A DNA stretch of 64,000 nucleotides from assembly GCA_964016885.1 (NCBI GenBank), contig OZ024740.1, forward strand, positions 73,098,001 to 73,162,000. Reading direction: 5' to 3'. Under the pieces are notes generated by a model. The model was not told the origin of the DNA, did no database searches, and saw only the letters and a list, made by a program, of their open reading frames with translations. Numbering within the stretch: the stretch's first letter is position 1; every line of letters begins with the position of its first letter. Below are positions 45,483 to 61,697 of this stretch, piece after piece. A program made the position numbers and the translations under genes. Origin of the DNA: Eledone cirrhosa. Its lineage: Eukaryota.

Positions 45483-46132
45483 CCGCACATCTCGGAGGTT
45501 GTTTTTCGTTATTTAGTGGGCCGAAATGCGAATCTCGATAATTTATGTTTGTATTATTCTCCAGACTCTAGCTATTGACCAGTTAATGTTCTTGATTTTT
45601 TAGTTGATTCTATTGACTGATGAATAGCTTATGTTAATTTTAACCCCTCTGTTGAGAACTCTATTCGATTTGTGATGTTTTTGCATTCTTGCAAAAATAT
45701 ACACAACTGAATTCATTCGCCTGATATAGGGGTTGCCTCCCTTACCGATCCCCACGTGGGGTCAGCAATAGTCAGTCCTTGTATTAACATTGAACTAAAA
45801 CCTGTTGAGAAAGTGGCTTCCTTGTTCAATCATCTTACCAGAAGCCTGACATTATTTATGTAGGCGGACGGTACTTGATTTAGGAGCCGCAGAAACCCAT
45901 ATACTGGATTTTACCAACCTTCCAGGGGTCCGGGTAAATTTTCAATACCCGAATTACTTGATCGTTTTGGGGGCTATGCGAATTATTGTTTAACCATCGT
46001 CTCAGTGTGTTTGGCCTGTAACGCTTGTTATAGCTCTGGTTCATCTGAATCATTGAGCACTTGCCGCACATCTCGGAGGTTGTTTTTCCGTTATCTCGTG
46101 GGCCGAAATGCGAATCTCGATAATTTATGTTT
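45483..46132 (+). mobile_element. Family Q unit with terminal direct repeat (period 581 bp)
   Basis: ccgcacatctcggaggttg...ataatttatgttt at 45483-45550 and 46064-46132. Confidence 0.65.
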
Positions 46133-46155
46133 ATATATATATATATATTTATATT

Positions 46156-46403
46156 GACCCCCTTCGGTCACGAATGACAATGGGATTTGTACCTAGAAAG
46201 TTTCCCTCTGAGGCACAAGTCCGGGCAAGGTTGTTTGCGGAGGACTAGTAGTCGCCCATGTATACTAGTCTCCCCCCTCCACGCCAACGATGTTGCCAAG
46301 GGAAAGGCAATGGCCGATACAACTTGGCACCAGTGACGTCGCAACTCATTTCTACAGCTGAGTAAACTGGAGCAACGTGAAATAAAGTGTCTTGCTCAAG
46401 GAC
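46156..46403 (-). mobile_element. CORE-type SINE family A, 5'-truncated
   Basis: Reverse complement of ~4865-5108. Confidence 0.8.
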
Positions 46404-46481
<78 letters not shown>

Positions 46482-46681
46482 CATGAACCTGCAGTTCCAG
46501 AATAAGACAGATCCATACAATGATCGTGTCTCGAGATGTCTGCCGGCGAAACAATTGTAACACACAATAAATTTAGTCCAGATGCATCACTGATTTTTCT
46601 TTTTATATTATATCACACTCTGCTCTGTAAGAACATAGAGTACTTAACTGGCATACCGTCTATGGAAGCATCATAGCTACC

Positions 46682-46754
<73 letters not shown>

Positions 46755-46760
<6 letters not shown>

Positions 46761-47023
46761 AATTAAAAAATAAAATTTTCGCTCTACATGGCTGAATACA
46801 ATAAATGTGATCTGGGTTTTTCGAATATTAATAATAATATTCGATTCGTTTGCAATTATGCAAACAAACCTCAATTTTAGAGCCATGTCAGTGTCTGTTT
46901 ACATGCCAACACAAGTGCAAGAATGAAGGGTTCATTCTACTGACATGGCTATAAAATTGAGGCTTGTTTGCATAATTGCGAACGAATCAAATGTTATTAT
47001 TATTCGAAAAACTCAGATTACAT
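46755..47023. mobile_element. Fold-back short element (arms ~46807-46892 and 46938-47023) with tail
   Basis: Inverted ~85-bp arms flanked by (TA)n. No hammerhead core seen. Confidence 0.55.
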
Positions 47024-47336
47024 ATATATATACGATATTAAGAAATGGAAACTATATTTATAAAACCATATTTATTTCATTATACATATTTCAAGGACAC
47101 CAAGTTAAATTATGGTGTGCTTTTATCAGATAAAATATAATATAGATCAGTTTTATAAATAAATATTGACATACCCTTAAAAAATGCAACCATTACTGTT
47201 GGAAGCTCCCGGGTAGTGGAGTTGAAGCTTAATTATATTATTATTAGTGTTGGATATTTTTATTTTTAAAATAAGCCGTTGGGTTACGGAGAAAGAGAAA
47301 GATAAAGAAGGAGAGAGAGAAAAAAGAGAGAGAGAG

Positions 47337-47400
<64 letters not shown>

Positions 47401-48690
47401 AAAACAACAGAGAGAGAAAGATATATAGAGAGAGAGGAGACAGAGAGAAGGGGAGAGAACGAAAAACTCTAAGTCATATCTTGTTGAGTTAACTTAACAA
47501 TTGGGATGAAATGAATAAATAAAATTAGAAATGTTAATAATCATGAATGGAATATACATATATAATATGAGAAATTAACCATTGTTTAAATATGATTAGA
47601 TGTTTAGTTAATCATTTAAAAATTGAGATGAATATATTAAAAATTGAGATCTATATATTAAGAAATCCATATATTACTAAAGAACTACATATCATATAAC
47701 ACGTATACACGCAAAAATACATATAAATATATATACATACTTATAAAATACATATACATATCTAACTACGTATATAATATATACACACAAAACATAAAGG
47801 ATTCTTTAATTTAATTTAAGATATAGGAATCTTATAAAATGTTATAATTGTTAAGATATTAAAGGACATTTTATGTTATACACACTTTATGTTATTAAAC
47901 AAAATTTTTTTTATATAAGTTTTATAAGATTACCTGTTATGTATTTATGGCTGTTATTATATGTCCATCTGTCACGAATCTTGGGATAATCACTATACAT
48001 AAGTGCAATCAAATTGCATGAATATACACGCATTTGTATATACACAATTCCCACATATACATATATATATGTATGTACCCTCAACCAATAGGTAGATACG
48101 CATCACGTATACATATACATACAGATAGACATACATTCATAAACCGCATAAAACATATGTACTATAATGTCAATACACACATATACATATATACTCACAT
48201 ATAGAGAGAAGTATATATAAATACAGTACATAGTATAATTGAGTACATAAAATACAAAAGAATTATATTACAATTTGGAAATATAATTATAAGCAATATA
48301 ACTTTAAAAACAATACAATTTTAAAATATTATAGAATATTTTAAGTTATAATTTCAAAATAATAGTATGTTTAATAGATTTAGTATAGAAATTTATTTTA
48401 CGTATATTTAACTTAAAATTTGAAAGGATAAACTTTCGAAAATAGGAGAAGCTATCAGAACAATAAAAAAAAAAAAAAAAAAGAAATAAGAAATATTTTC
48501 TCCTTTCAAGAGCTCTCAATATATTTCTCTAGAATAGTTTATTATATTTATACTTATTTATATTTAGGAAGAAAAGTTATTTTTACTTGAGTGTATAATC
48601 AGTCAAAAAAAAAAAAAAAAAAAGATAAAGGAATCCAATGATTTATCGACAGGTTCAATATATTAATAAAATTAATTAATTAATTATATA

Positions 48691-49833
48691 CTACATTTTA
48701 AATTTATATTTATATTTAAACGTTGAGTTTAATCTATGTCTGCAGCAACTGAATAAATTATTTCTTAAGTTCAGGGAATTTTTGGTCTTTAATATAAAGA
48801 ATATTTCCTCTATACAAAGATCGCAATTTTCTGAAGAGGAGTTAAAAGGAGTAGCTTTTGAAATAATATTCCAAATCAACGAATATTCAACGTTCTTTAG
48901 TTTTAGGTCCCATAATAGGCTAGATAGAGAAGTTGAAGATTTTTTGTTTGGATCTGTAAAAGAATTTTTATGATTATTGAAGCGGGATTTAAACTCTGTG
49001 GAAGTAGATCCCACATAATTAAATGAATTTAAATTAATTTTTACATTACAATTATATACTACATTTTTAGCTAAGAAATTGTTATTTAACGGACAGTTAG
49101 ATTTATTTCTACAGTTACATTTATCAAATTGGATATTGCTTGGGTTATTATTGGTATTTTGGTTAGGTTTTAAATTTCTATTGTTAATTCTATTAATATT
49201 TTGCGCTAAATTTTTGGTGGAAGAATAATTCAATTTTATAGTATGTCTATTAAAAAGTGAGTAATATCTATGTGTTCTAGGGAAGCATTTGTCAAGAGCT
49301 TTAAAAAATAGTTTAGCAATAGGGGTTTTAATATTTAATGAGAAAGGAGTAGCGAACCATAATATGTTCCTAGTTCTATTTCTTTTTCGGCTTTCGGAAT
49401 TAATGTAAGGTTTTCTATTATAGTTGTTAAAATTGTTACCATAGTTAAAATTGTTACGATTATGGTTAGTTGTTATATTATTATTATTATTATCGATGTA
49501 TTTAATTTTATTTCCATACCCAGCTCTACCTAACGCTTCGTTGTAATAATGTGCTTTTTCATCAAATATATTCTTATTAGCTGAAATTCTCGAAATTCAT
49601 TCGTGTAGAAAGTTCACTATAGTATTTTTAACGGATCTGGGGTGATTAGAGTTAAAATTGACGTAATTTAAGTTCTCATTTAGTTTGTGAAATGGATAAT
49701 GAAGACATGTGTTAAGATTTAGTGTTACATCTAGAAAATTAACTATTTTATGGTTATTCTCTATTTCTACTTTTAGATTAAGGTAATTAAAAAATTGTAT
49801 AATTTGTTTTCTTTTTCTATTTAGTTCACAATT
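48691..49833 (-). pseudogene. PLE (Naiad-like) RT C-terminus/thumb plus GIY-YIG endonuclease
   Basis: Manual in-frame extension upstream of the listed ORF gives VNFLDVTLNL, SNHP, NEALGRAGY, RNILWFATPFS, then CNCRNKSNCPL, VVY..YVG, CDLCIEE, CCRH. One in-frame TGA at 49597-49599. Confidence 0.85.
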
Positions 49834-49864
49834 ATTATTTTCTATATTCTCTCTCTGTTGTTTT

Positions 49865-49928
<64 letters not shown>

Positions 49929-50133
49929 CTCTCTCTCTCTCTTTTTTTTTCTATCTCTCCTTCTTTATCTTTCTCTTTCTCCGTAACCCAACGGCTTATT
50001 TTAAAAATAAAAATATCCAATACTAATAATAATATAATTAAGCTTCAACTTCCCTATCCGGGAGCTTCCAACAGTAATGGTTGCATTTTTTAAGGGTATG
50101 TCAATATTTATTTATAAAACTGATCTATATTAT

Positions 50134-50196
50134 ATTTTATCTGATGAAAGCACACCATAATTTAACTTGGTGTCCTTGAAATATGTATAATGAAAT
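50134..50196 (+). ncRNA. Minimal hammerhead in the Naiad pseudo-LTR
   Basis: attttat CUGAUGA aag cacacca...uggugu ccuu GAAA UAUGUA UA atgaaat. The mirror copy at 47074-47136 has CUGAUAA. Confidence 0.75.
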
Positions 50197-50354
50197 AAAT
50201 ATGGTTTTATAAATATAGTTTCCATTTGTTAATATCGTATTTTTACTCCAAATATTTGTTGAGTGCTTTATATCAGTTATAAAAATATTTGCTTGTTGTA
50301 TCCCAACAATTTAAATAGAACTTTCACATATATATATATATATATATGTATGAA

Positions 50355-50766
<412 letters not shown>

Positions 50767-51704
50767 TATGTATATATATATATGTATATATACATATATA
50801 TACATATATATATATACATCTCTGTGTGTATATATATATATTCTAATTGTATTTCATCTTTTATTGTGAATCCTAATATTTTTTGACGGTCCACGTATCT
50901 AATTAATGCATTTCAACCTTTTTATATGTTTTAGAAATAAAAGTTATAGTTCGTTGTTTCTGAGGAAGACAACGGTGAGATGGATCAGGAGTATCAAGAC
51001 TAATAATATGTTGTTGCATAACCACTATCAGTTAGTCAATATATCGATTCATTATGATCAATCAACCTTTTTAAACGATCGTAAAACAATGAACTATTTA
51101 AGCACCAATCTTCACCATTTATTTTCATTGTTATAACACTTATATTAATATAACTCCATACTTCATTTAGAATTCATAAGAGAATCACTTGATCTCGTTG
51201 GAATTATTACTTCAGGACTACATGGATTTCTAACAACGTTATTGGTTCTACCATAAACAGGTAAAATAAATACATATACGTATATATATGTGTGTGTGTT
51301 AGGTGTGTAGCTACAGTTACAGGCGGCGCACCGTCCGAAGCACCCAGTGCTGTTTGTACTTATGCTGCAACACTGACTTTGCCCAATGGCAAGTGGGCCC
51401 CAGGGTCCCACGGCGGCATTGCAAGAGCCCACAGTAGCATTGAAGGTCCCGCATAGTATTTTAGGGACTAATGTTTTGTTTTCAAAAAATACTAGAAATT
51501 TCAGAGAAAGAATAAAATTAAAAAATAAATAAATAAAACAATTAAGCAAAGCATTTGGTCAACCAATTCCCCAGGGCATTAATATAAACCAAAATGTATG
51601 ATAGTGCAAATAGCTGGAATCAGTGGTTGTACATTCTACTAAATCTAAAGCTGAGTGTATTCATTCATGTATGCAAACATACATATATAGAAACAGATAC
51701 ACAA

Positions 51705-53079
<1,375 letters not shown>

Positions 53080-53093
53080 ATATATATATATAT

Positions 53094-53601
53094 ATTTCGT
53101 TTATGAATTTGTTTAGCAAGATTCTTTATCTGAAAACGTGTGTTGAAACCGATATTGTTATACTTTGGAAGGGTCATGTTGCCAATAAGAAACACACGCA
53201 CCAGTTGCTTTCACTTCAATTTATTATAATAAATTTATAAATTTATAAATTTATAAATTTCCGGTTGGTTGGTTGGTTCCACAACCAGATGATTGTTCAT
53301 ATATTGCCAAAGTTCTTTCGTCACACATTCTGAAGAAAAGAATCCCCAGTCATTGAAGAGGTCACAGAATGTGTGACGAAAGAACTTTGACAATATATGA
53401 ACAATCATCTGGTTGTGGAACCAACCGACCAACCAGAAATTTATAAATTCCTAAATTTATAAATTTAATTTATAATAAATTGAAGTGAAAGCAACTGGTG
53501 CGTGTGTTTCTTATTGGCAACATGATCCTCCCAAAGTATAACAATATCGGTTTCAACACACATTTTCAGATAAAGAATCTTGCTAAGCAAATTCAGAAAC
53601 G

Positions 53602-53605
<4 letters not shown>
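53094..53605. mobile_element. Foldback MITE with ~240-bp TIRs in (TA)n
   Basis: Arms 53094-53332 and 53365-53605, symmetric ends, 32-bp spacer. Confidence 0.8.
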
Positions 53606-53642
<37 letters not shown>

Positions 53643-53947
53643 AAATTCTACAGGACTAGAACTGTTTCATTCTTTAGAAATCATCAGGAATCATATATAT
53701 ATATATATATAATGCCAATCAATTTAAGTTTGAATCTGAATAAAGTAAACCCAAACCATAGTAGTTCAAATACCAGAAAGAGAGAGAGAAGGATGGTGGG
53801 GGTGAAATGAGGTGCAACAGAAATGAAACATGGATTACAGGTTAAAATATAGTTTAGATAGATATGAAACAAAACGAGGATGTACTTTATGGAACACCCA
53901 AATGATTTAGAAATCGACCTTAAGTAGGAGCAACAACATTAAGAAAG

Positions 53948-54318
53948 ACATGAACGACTCCACAACACTTTGTTTTGAAAATTTTGAAAGTAGGTTTATA
54001 AATATGAATTTTCATAAGATTGTTCGTAGTTGTCTCTGTGGCCTAGCGGTAGGTGCTAGAGAGTTTGGAGATACTGGTCTTGGGTTCAATCCTGGTCATG
54101 TAACGCTTTTCAGTTTTTATTTTACAACCCTATAGATTAAAGTTGAAAAGATTTACTGGGAACCCTACTCCCGACCTGGATCGAACTCCAGACCACGATC
54201 ATCACCGTCTATGACTCCTCCAACTAGGCCACCGAGACAGCTACAAATCTATAATGAAAATTGATAATTATAAACCTACTTTCAAAATCAAAGTTAAAAA
54301 GATGTGGTATCGATCATG
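53948..54318. mobile_element. Diverged inverted repeat with inward-facing tRNA-like heads
   Basis: ttttgaaagtaggtttataa...gtctctgtggcctagcgg...ggttcaatcc is mirrored by ggatcgaactc...ctaggccaccgagac...ttataaacctactttcaaaa. Confidence 0.5.
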
Positions 54319-54378
54319 GTTTTCCTAGAGCTATTAGTAATATTTAGGGTCTACATGCGGTCATTATTGAAAGTCTCA

Positions 54379-54561
54379 AGGGCGGTGAATTGGCAGTATC
54401 GGTAGAGGGTTAGACGCGATGCTTTCTAGCATAGTTACGTCCCTTTACGGTTCAAATCCTGCCGAGGTTAACTTTGCCTTTCATCCTTACAGGGTCGATA
54501 AAATAAAGTACCAGTAATGTACTAGGTAATTGCTGGCCTTGTGCCAAAAGTAGAAACAATT
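54379..54561 (+). mobile_element. tRNA-SINE family B with TSD
   Basis: ttgaaagtctc duplicated at 54367-54377 and 54563-54573. Confidence 0.9.
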
Positions 54562-54801
54562 TTTGAAAGTCTCTGGATTTCGCAATATACATAATATTTT
54601 TTATTGGCGAAGGTCAGATATTTTTCCGCAAAAATTTGATTGCACTGTTTTGTTTCCACTTACGTATTTTTCGAAAATGTTATTTATTCATTACTAAAAT
54701 TAAATTATATCATTCTATATATAGGTAGGCCCCCTTCATCTCCTGGCAACCAATATTTTTAGACCCAGTCAACCACTGTGTATATATATATATATATATT
54801 T

Positions 54802-54859
<58 letters not shown>

Positions 54860-55284
54860 ACACACACATATGTATATACATGGGTTTATGTACGAGTGCA
54901 CATATATCATTCAAACAGTAACTGAATGAACACTCAGCACTTGTAGGCATAGTATAAGATTTCTATGAGAAAAAGCGTGTATGTGTCAGTATGTGTACAC
55001 AGTGTTTAGTGTGTGTATGTAAAGTGACCTTTTTATGTTAAAAATAAAAGAAACTGTATCATTGTGACCAAGAACAAACAAAGATAATATATAATAAGAA
55101 TAAAAAAGCCAAATAAAATATCCAATGACATAAAGTTGCCATGCTAAATATGTATTGCAGAATCAGCACCGGTAACTTTGTGATAACTGTATTTCTTTGA
55201 GTGATTGTATGATAATTGTATTTCTAAGTCTGTAGAATTCTATTTCAATTCTTTCTATTTATTTTGCGCCAACAAAATAACTGT

Positions 55285-55422
<138 letters not shown>

Positions 55423-55945
55423 AAGAACTATATTTCTTATTTATTTCTAGTTTTCTTCCCTTCTCTATTCTTACTGCCTTTTTTCTTTCCTTCTTTCTCT
55501 CTTTTTTCTTTCTCCCTTTCTTTCTTTATCTCTTTCTGTCATCCTGTCTTTCGTTTATTCTCTCTATCTATTTTTCTGTCTTTCTCCGTTACTTTCTTTC
55601 TTTCTTTCTTACCTTACCCCATTTTCTTTGATTCTTTGATTCCTTCTTTCACACTTGAAATCTTCTTACTTTCTTTTTTTTTCCTTTCTTTTCTCCCTCT
55701 TTTCTTTCGCCCCCCCCCCCCCCCTCTCTCCTTTTATTCCTGTCTTGATATATCTCTTTCTATTCTGTTCTCTCACCAACCAACACAATGCAATAGCAAT
55801 AGTAATGTTTCACAGACATTCGATTCTTTTATCACAATCCAGACAACAATAAATGCTAGAACCATCCAATGTCAGCCAATCTCTTGAAATACATCTTTGG
55901 AAATTCTTTCTTTTTCTTTCATTTGTATAAATCTTGCAGTTGGAT

Positions 55946-57225
<1,280 letters not shown>

Positions 57226-57356
57226 GTAGTGGTGGTAGTTTTAGCGTTGACTACGTTGTTGATGTTACTGTTGCTGTTATTGTGCTGTCCCAGCTGAGAG
57301 GTGATCTTACAGCCTTGGCAACCCAGTCGTGACCACACTCTCTTTTATTTTTCATA

Positions 57357-57387
<31 letters not shown>

Positions 57388-57394
<7 letters not shown>

Positions 57395-57973
57395 TGTAGT
57401 TCTCGTCTGTTTCTTTGTTTCTTTGTTTGTTCACGAACTCCTCCTATAGTTTTGGAGATAGACCCCCATAACCATATATATTCTGAAACTACATTGCCCA
57501 GGGTACTTGGATAAGTGCATTTCATTTTAATGAAAATTTGTTCCCTTCGATTTATATGAAATTTAAACCATAGGTAAATGACAAGATATGTTGCCTATTC
57601 ATAGGTTTTCAGCAAATTTCAATAATATTAAGACACCCTAAAGGGGGTTAAACCCCCTATTAGGGTTCCCCCGGGCCACAAAGCTCCACTGAAAATGTTT
57701 TCCCTTCGATTTGTAAGAAATTTAAAGATGCCTATTCACAAATGTTTTGAAATGATATTTTGAAAAAAATTATTTACAAGAAACAAAATAAGAATAAGAT
57801 TTAATATTTTGATTTAATATATTACAAAAAATAATGTTTTCCAATTTTTCATGCATTACATTTTACATTTTACATTGAGTAATATTGAAATGCAGAGTTT
57901 TTCTCCATAAATTATATCATTTTCGTACAAAAAAAAAGTATGAAACGCAGCAAGGCGCGGGTAATTCGGCTAG
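57388..57973 (+). mobile_element. Non-autonomous Helitron
   Basis: Starts in (TA)n with aaagttgtag and (TTTG)-rich sequence. Ends with a GC-rich hairpin and CTAG|T. Confidence 0.55.
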
Positions 57974-57984
57974 TATGTATAGTG

Positions 57985-58097
57985 AAGCAGCGTGACTGAG
58001 TGGTTAGTGAATTGGATCTGCAATCGTGAGGTTGTGATTTCCCGGAACAGGCAATGCGTTATGTCCTTGAGCAAGACATTTTATTTCACGTTGCTCC
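57985..58097 (+). mobile_element. CORE-type SINE family A, 5' part
   Basis: tRNA head plus tgtccttgagcaagacattttatttcacgttgctcc. Confidence 0.7.
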
Positions 58098-58640
58098 TTC
58101 TGCCTGGATTTGCGACCGACAGATAGTATTAGCAATTGGCAAAACCAATGGAAACATGATTTCCTCGGTCGGATTTGAGGAGCTTCACCACACTCGTTAA
58201 GTGAATAAGGTCTGGGATCTTGTCGAGCGACTATCGATATGTCTGTGCGCGCGTGTGTGTGTGTGGGTGCGCGAGCGTATGTGTATGTATATATATATGT
58301 ATGTATATGTGTGTGTGTGTATCCTAACTGCACACAGAATATGAGAATAAACTTCTTTTAATATTTGATAAGATTGATATAACAATCGAAACCAGCAATA
58401 TTTGACAACATTTAAATTCACTTAATGTAACAATTATTCATTCTGTCGTGTTAAGGGGAAAAAATAATCTTTAAATATACCCCTGTACTTTTTCACTTTT
58501 ACTTTATACCTATAAGCTTTGGCATGGAACTTTAAGAGGATAAAGAGAAAAGGGGTTAAAATGAAGAAAAATCAAGGTTAAGAATTTACGGGCTGGGGAT
58601 TTATATATATATATATGTGTGTGTGTAGAGAGAGAGAGAG

Positions 58641-58674
<34 letters not shown>

Positions 58675-58984
58675 TCTTTCCAACCTCTTCTTTCTCAATG
58701 AAAGACTAAAATTCGATACGTTGCAACATAGCTATTCCTTTTCCAACAAGCATGAAACTAACAAGACTTAGTGTAATTACACTAAGTCTTGTTATGTTTG
58801 TTTTAATCTCTTCTCTTCTCTCCCCCCCCCCCTCTCTCTCTCTCTATATATATATATGTGTTTGTATGCACCACTCTGCTGATGAAGGGCGTATGTCCGA
58901 AACGTCGCACCCACACCCAGAGCTCTCACTAAGCGTGAACCTAATACTATTTGTAACTGGTACTCCTCCGTTGTTGTCTATATT

Positions 58985-59058
<74 letters not shown>

Positions 59059-59660
59059 AATATATGATTGGTTTTTTCGTTGCTTTGGTTTCATGTGATT
59101 GGGCTCGCCTGCCGCAGGTTTCAATTTGTCAAGCTATCTAACGTATTTTAATACTCTAAGGTGACACAACCTTATTGAGTGCTTTGCTGCACTTTCCTAA
59201 TTGTATATCGTTAGCTTGGCCACAGCCAAAACTTCGATTTTACTAAACTTCCATTTGTATTATTATCTCCTAGACCTAATAATTAATTAATTAATTAATT
59301 TAATTAGACAATTCTATTGATTGGGTAATATAGACTTATATATACATGAAGTGTGTTTGGGTTTGAGGAATATTTAGTTGCTATTTCTACCAACTAAAAC
59401 GTTCAATAAAATATCTTGTGTTGGTCACTTTCACCTTTCGTCTTTTTGAAAACCGAAAAATGACATGCCAGATTGTTGTACACAGTAAACAATGGATTTG
59501 TCATCTGCCAAAATACTTTTACGATAATAATCCCGATTTTTTTTTATACATATATTTTAAAAGATCTAAAGGGGCGTTTGATCTCGTAATTTTATAATAA
59601 CGGATAATTAAAATTCTTTATCATCCATCACTGTACTTATATATATATATCATTTTATGC

Positions 59661-59895
59661 TACTGGCACGGCTGAACAGTTCATAGGCAGACCAAGATAC
59701 TCTCTTTGAATGTGACCAAATGAGGTTTATTTTTAAACACAGTTCCTCTTGCGGTCCACACAGTTCTTCCATCGGTGTTGCAGTGCTTGGATCTCATTGG
59801 TGGAAAATCTTCTATTCTGCTGGTCAAAAAAGTCATCAATAGCAGATAAGAGGGCATCACCACTGCGATACTGGTTCCCAGCCAAGTGTTTTTTT
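59661..59895 (-). mobile_element. Mariner transposase 3' fragment with decayed TIR
   Basis: KKHLAGNQYRSGDALLSAIDDFFDQQNRRFSTNEIQALQHRWKNCVD resembles a mariner C-terminus. It is followed by a cctatgaac..ttcagcc terminus. Confidence 0.75.
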
Positions 59896-59980
59896 CCTGT
59901 TGGGGAACAGATGACCATAATTTTTACACCAAGCTGGATCGGTAAGGATTTATTTCGTGTACCAACAGGTAGATATTATT

Positions 59981-60573
59981 TTGAGTTCAAATCCCGCCGA
60001 GGTTGACTTTGCCTTTCATCCTTACGGGGTCGATAAAATAAAGTACCAGTAATGAACTGGATAATTGCTGGCCTTGTGCCTAAAGTAGAAACAATTATTT
60101 TATACTTTCAAAGAATGCCCTCTGAAGAAATTGTATTCTACAGTATTGTCTGCTTTATATGTTGAAATAGTCAACGCTGTTTCTTGATAATTGAAATCGC
60201 GATAAGGGCGAGAATAATGGTGAAGCTCTCTTATTATTTTAGATTGCTTTAGGGTGGTGGATTGGCAGTATCGGTAGAAGGTCGGACGCCATGCTTTGCC
60301 GCATAGAGTTACGGCCCTTTATGATCTGAGTTCAAATCCCGCCGAGGTCAACTTTGCCTTACGGGGTCGATAAAATAAAGTACCAGTCACGCACTGGGGT
60401 CAATTTCATCGACTTTTCCCTCCCCCAAATATTGCTGATCTTGTGTCTATATAAGAAACCATTATTTTAGATTTCGTTAGAGCGGTAGATTGGCAGAATC
60501 GGTACAGCGTAGGACACCTTGCTTCGCGGGCATCGTTACGTTTCTTTGAGTTCAAATCCTGCCGAGGTTAGCT
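59981..60573 (+). mobile_element. Three family-B SINE copies (59981-60097, 60250-60460, 60481-60573)
   Basis: Family-B domains in plus orientation. Confidence 0.8.
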
Positions 60574-60665
60574 TTTTTTTAGACTATATATATATACTAT
60601 CCTCACTGAACTTATAACATTAAGTTCACATGAAGATATGTCACTATCTTAACACCAGTTATTAT

Positions 60666-60724
60666 ATTTTATCTGACGAAAGTGTACTTAAATATTAGTA
60701 CCCTTGAAATACATATAATAAAAT
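60666..60724 (+). ncRNA. Minimal hammerhead in a solo Naiad-related pseudo-LTR
   Basis: attttat CUGACGA aag uguacu...aguac ccuu GAAA UACAUA UA ataaaat. The downstream flank matches 50197-50236. Confidence 0.7.
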
Positions 60725-60756
60725 AAATATGGTTTTATAAAGATGTTTTCCATTTA

Positions 60757-60825
<69 letters not shown>

Positions 60826-60829
<4 letters not shown>

Positions 60830-60924
60830 AAAATGTTTAAACATTTTCCTATTACCCACTCTACTACCCTAAGTACTCTGGTGCGTTATGGTCTATCTGG
60901 TTCCTTACCACACTTCCTTTGTTA
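60826..60924 (+). mobile_element. Family P1 minimal fold-back copy
   Basis: Perfect palindrome taggaaaatgtttaaacattttccta plus the P1 tail. Confidence 0.65.
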
Positions 60925-61117
60925 TATATATATAGTCTAAATAGACTATAGTCTATTTCATGTCAATATGTTCTGAGTGAGTGTCACTGATGAAAGATTA
61001 ACAAATCTTGAAATAAAAACGTTGTGTGACATTCTCATAGAGAAAAGTAGAAAAAAGTATCCTTAAGAAGCAGGGTGTTAATCGATCGTGAAACGCGCGT
61101 CACAGGAAAATACACAT

Positions 61118-61303
61118 AATTGTTTCTACTTTTGGCACAAGGCCAGCAATTACCCAGTACATTACTGGTACTTTATTTTATCGACCCCGTAAGGATGAAA
61201 AGCAAAGTTAACTTTGGCGGAATTTGAATTCGACCCATAAAGGGACGTAATTCTATGCTAGAAAGCATAGCATCCGATTCTCTACTGATACTGCCAATCC
61301 ACC
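61118..61303 (-). mobile_element. tRNA-SINE family B with TSD
   Basis: ggaaaata(c/t)acataat at 61105-61120 and 61305-61320. Confidence 0.9.
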
Positions 61304-61697
61304 GGGAAAATATACATAATGATGTTATATTAATACTTCGTTCTTGTTCCTTATTATTATAATATAATGCATACATATGTGCATATATAACTAATATATA
61401 ATTAATATATATATCTGTTATATAACTAATATATAACTGTTATATAACTGATATATAGCTATTTCAGTTATAATACTGTTAAATAACTGCTATATAATTG
61501 ATATATAACTGTTGTATAACTGATATTTAGCTGTAATATAACTGATATATAACTGTTATATAACTGTTATATAACAGATATAACAACAAGATTGTACTAT
61601 GTAACTGGAGGTCCTCACACGATGGCGGTGTCAGTATCTTTTATATCAATGAAAAGAGGGGCCATCGTTACAGATTGGTGTCTCATTAGGAATTTAG

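Larger units (their letters stand above)
47031..50328 (-). mobile_element. 5'-truncated Naiad-type Penelope-like retroelement with inverted pseudo-LTRs
   Basis: Inverted repeats 47031-47411 and 49852-50239, each with a hammerhead motif. Tail 50240-50328, (TA)n flanks, and an internal RT-thumb/GIY-YIG ORF. Confidence 0.85.

Noticed and set aside
51163-51549. Cys-rich 128-aa ORF / GC-rich patch
   Set aside because: No recognisable domain or convincing splice sites. It resembles gggccc-rich MITE terminal sequence.
60984-61104. Two further hammerhead-like motifs (ctgatga..gaaa at 60987; gaaacgcgcgtc at 61090)
   Set aside because: The first has a non-cleavable GUG triplet and no stem III. The second lacks CUGANGA. 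At most these are decayed relics.
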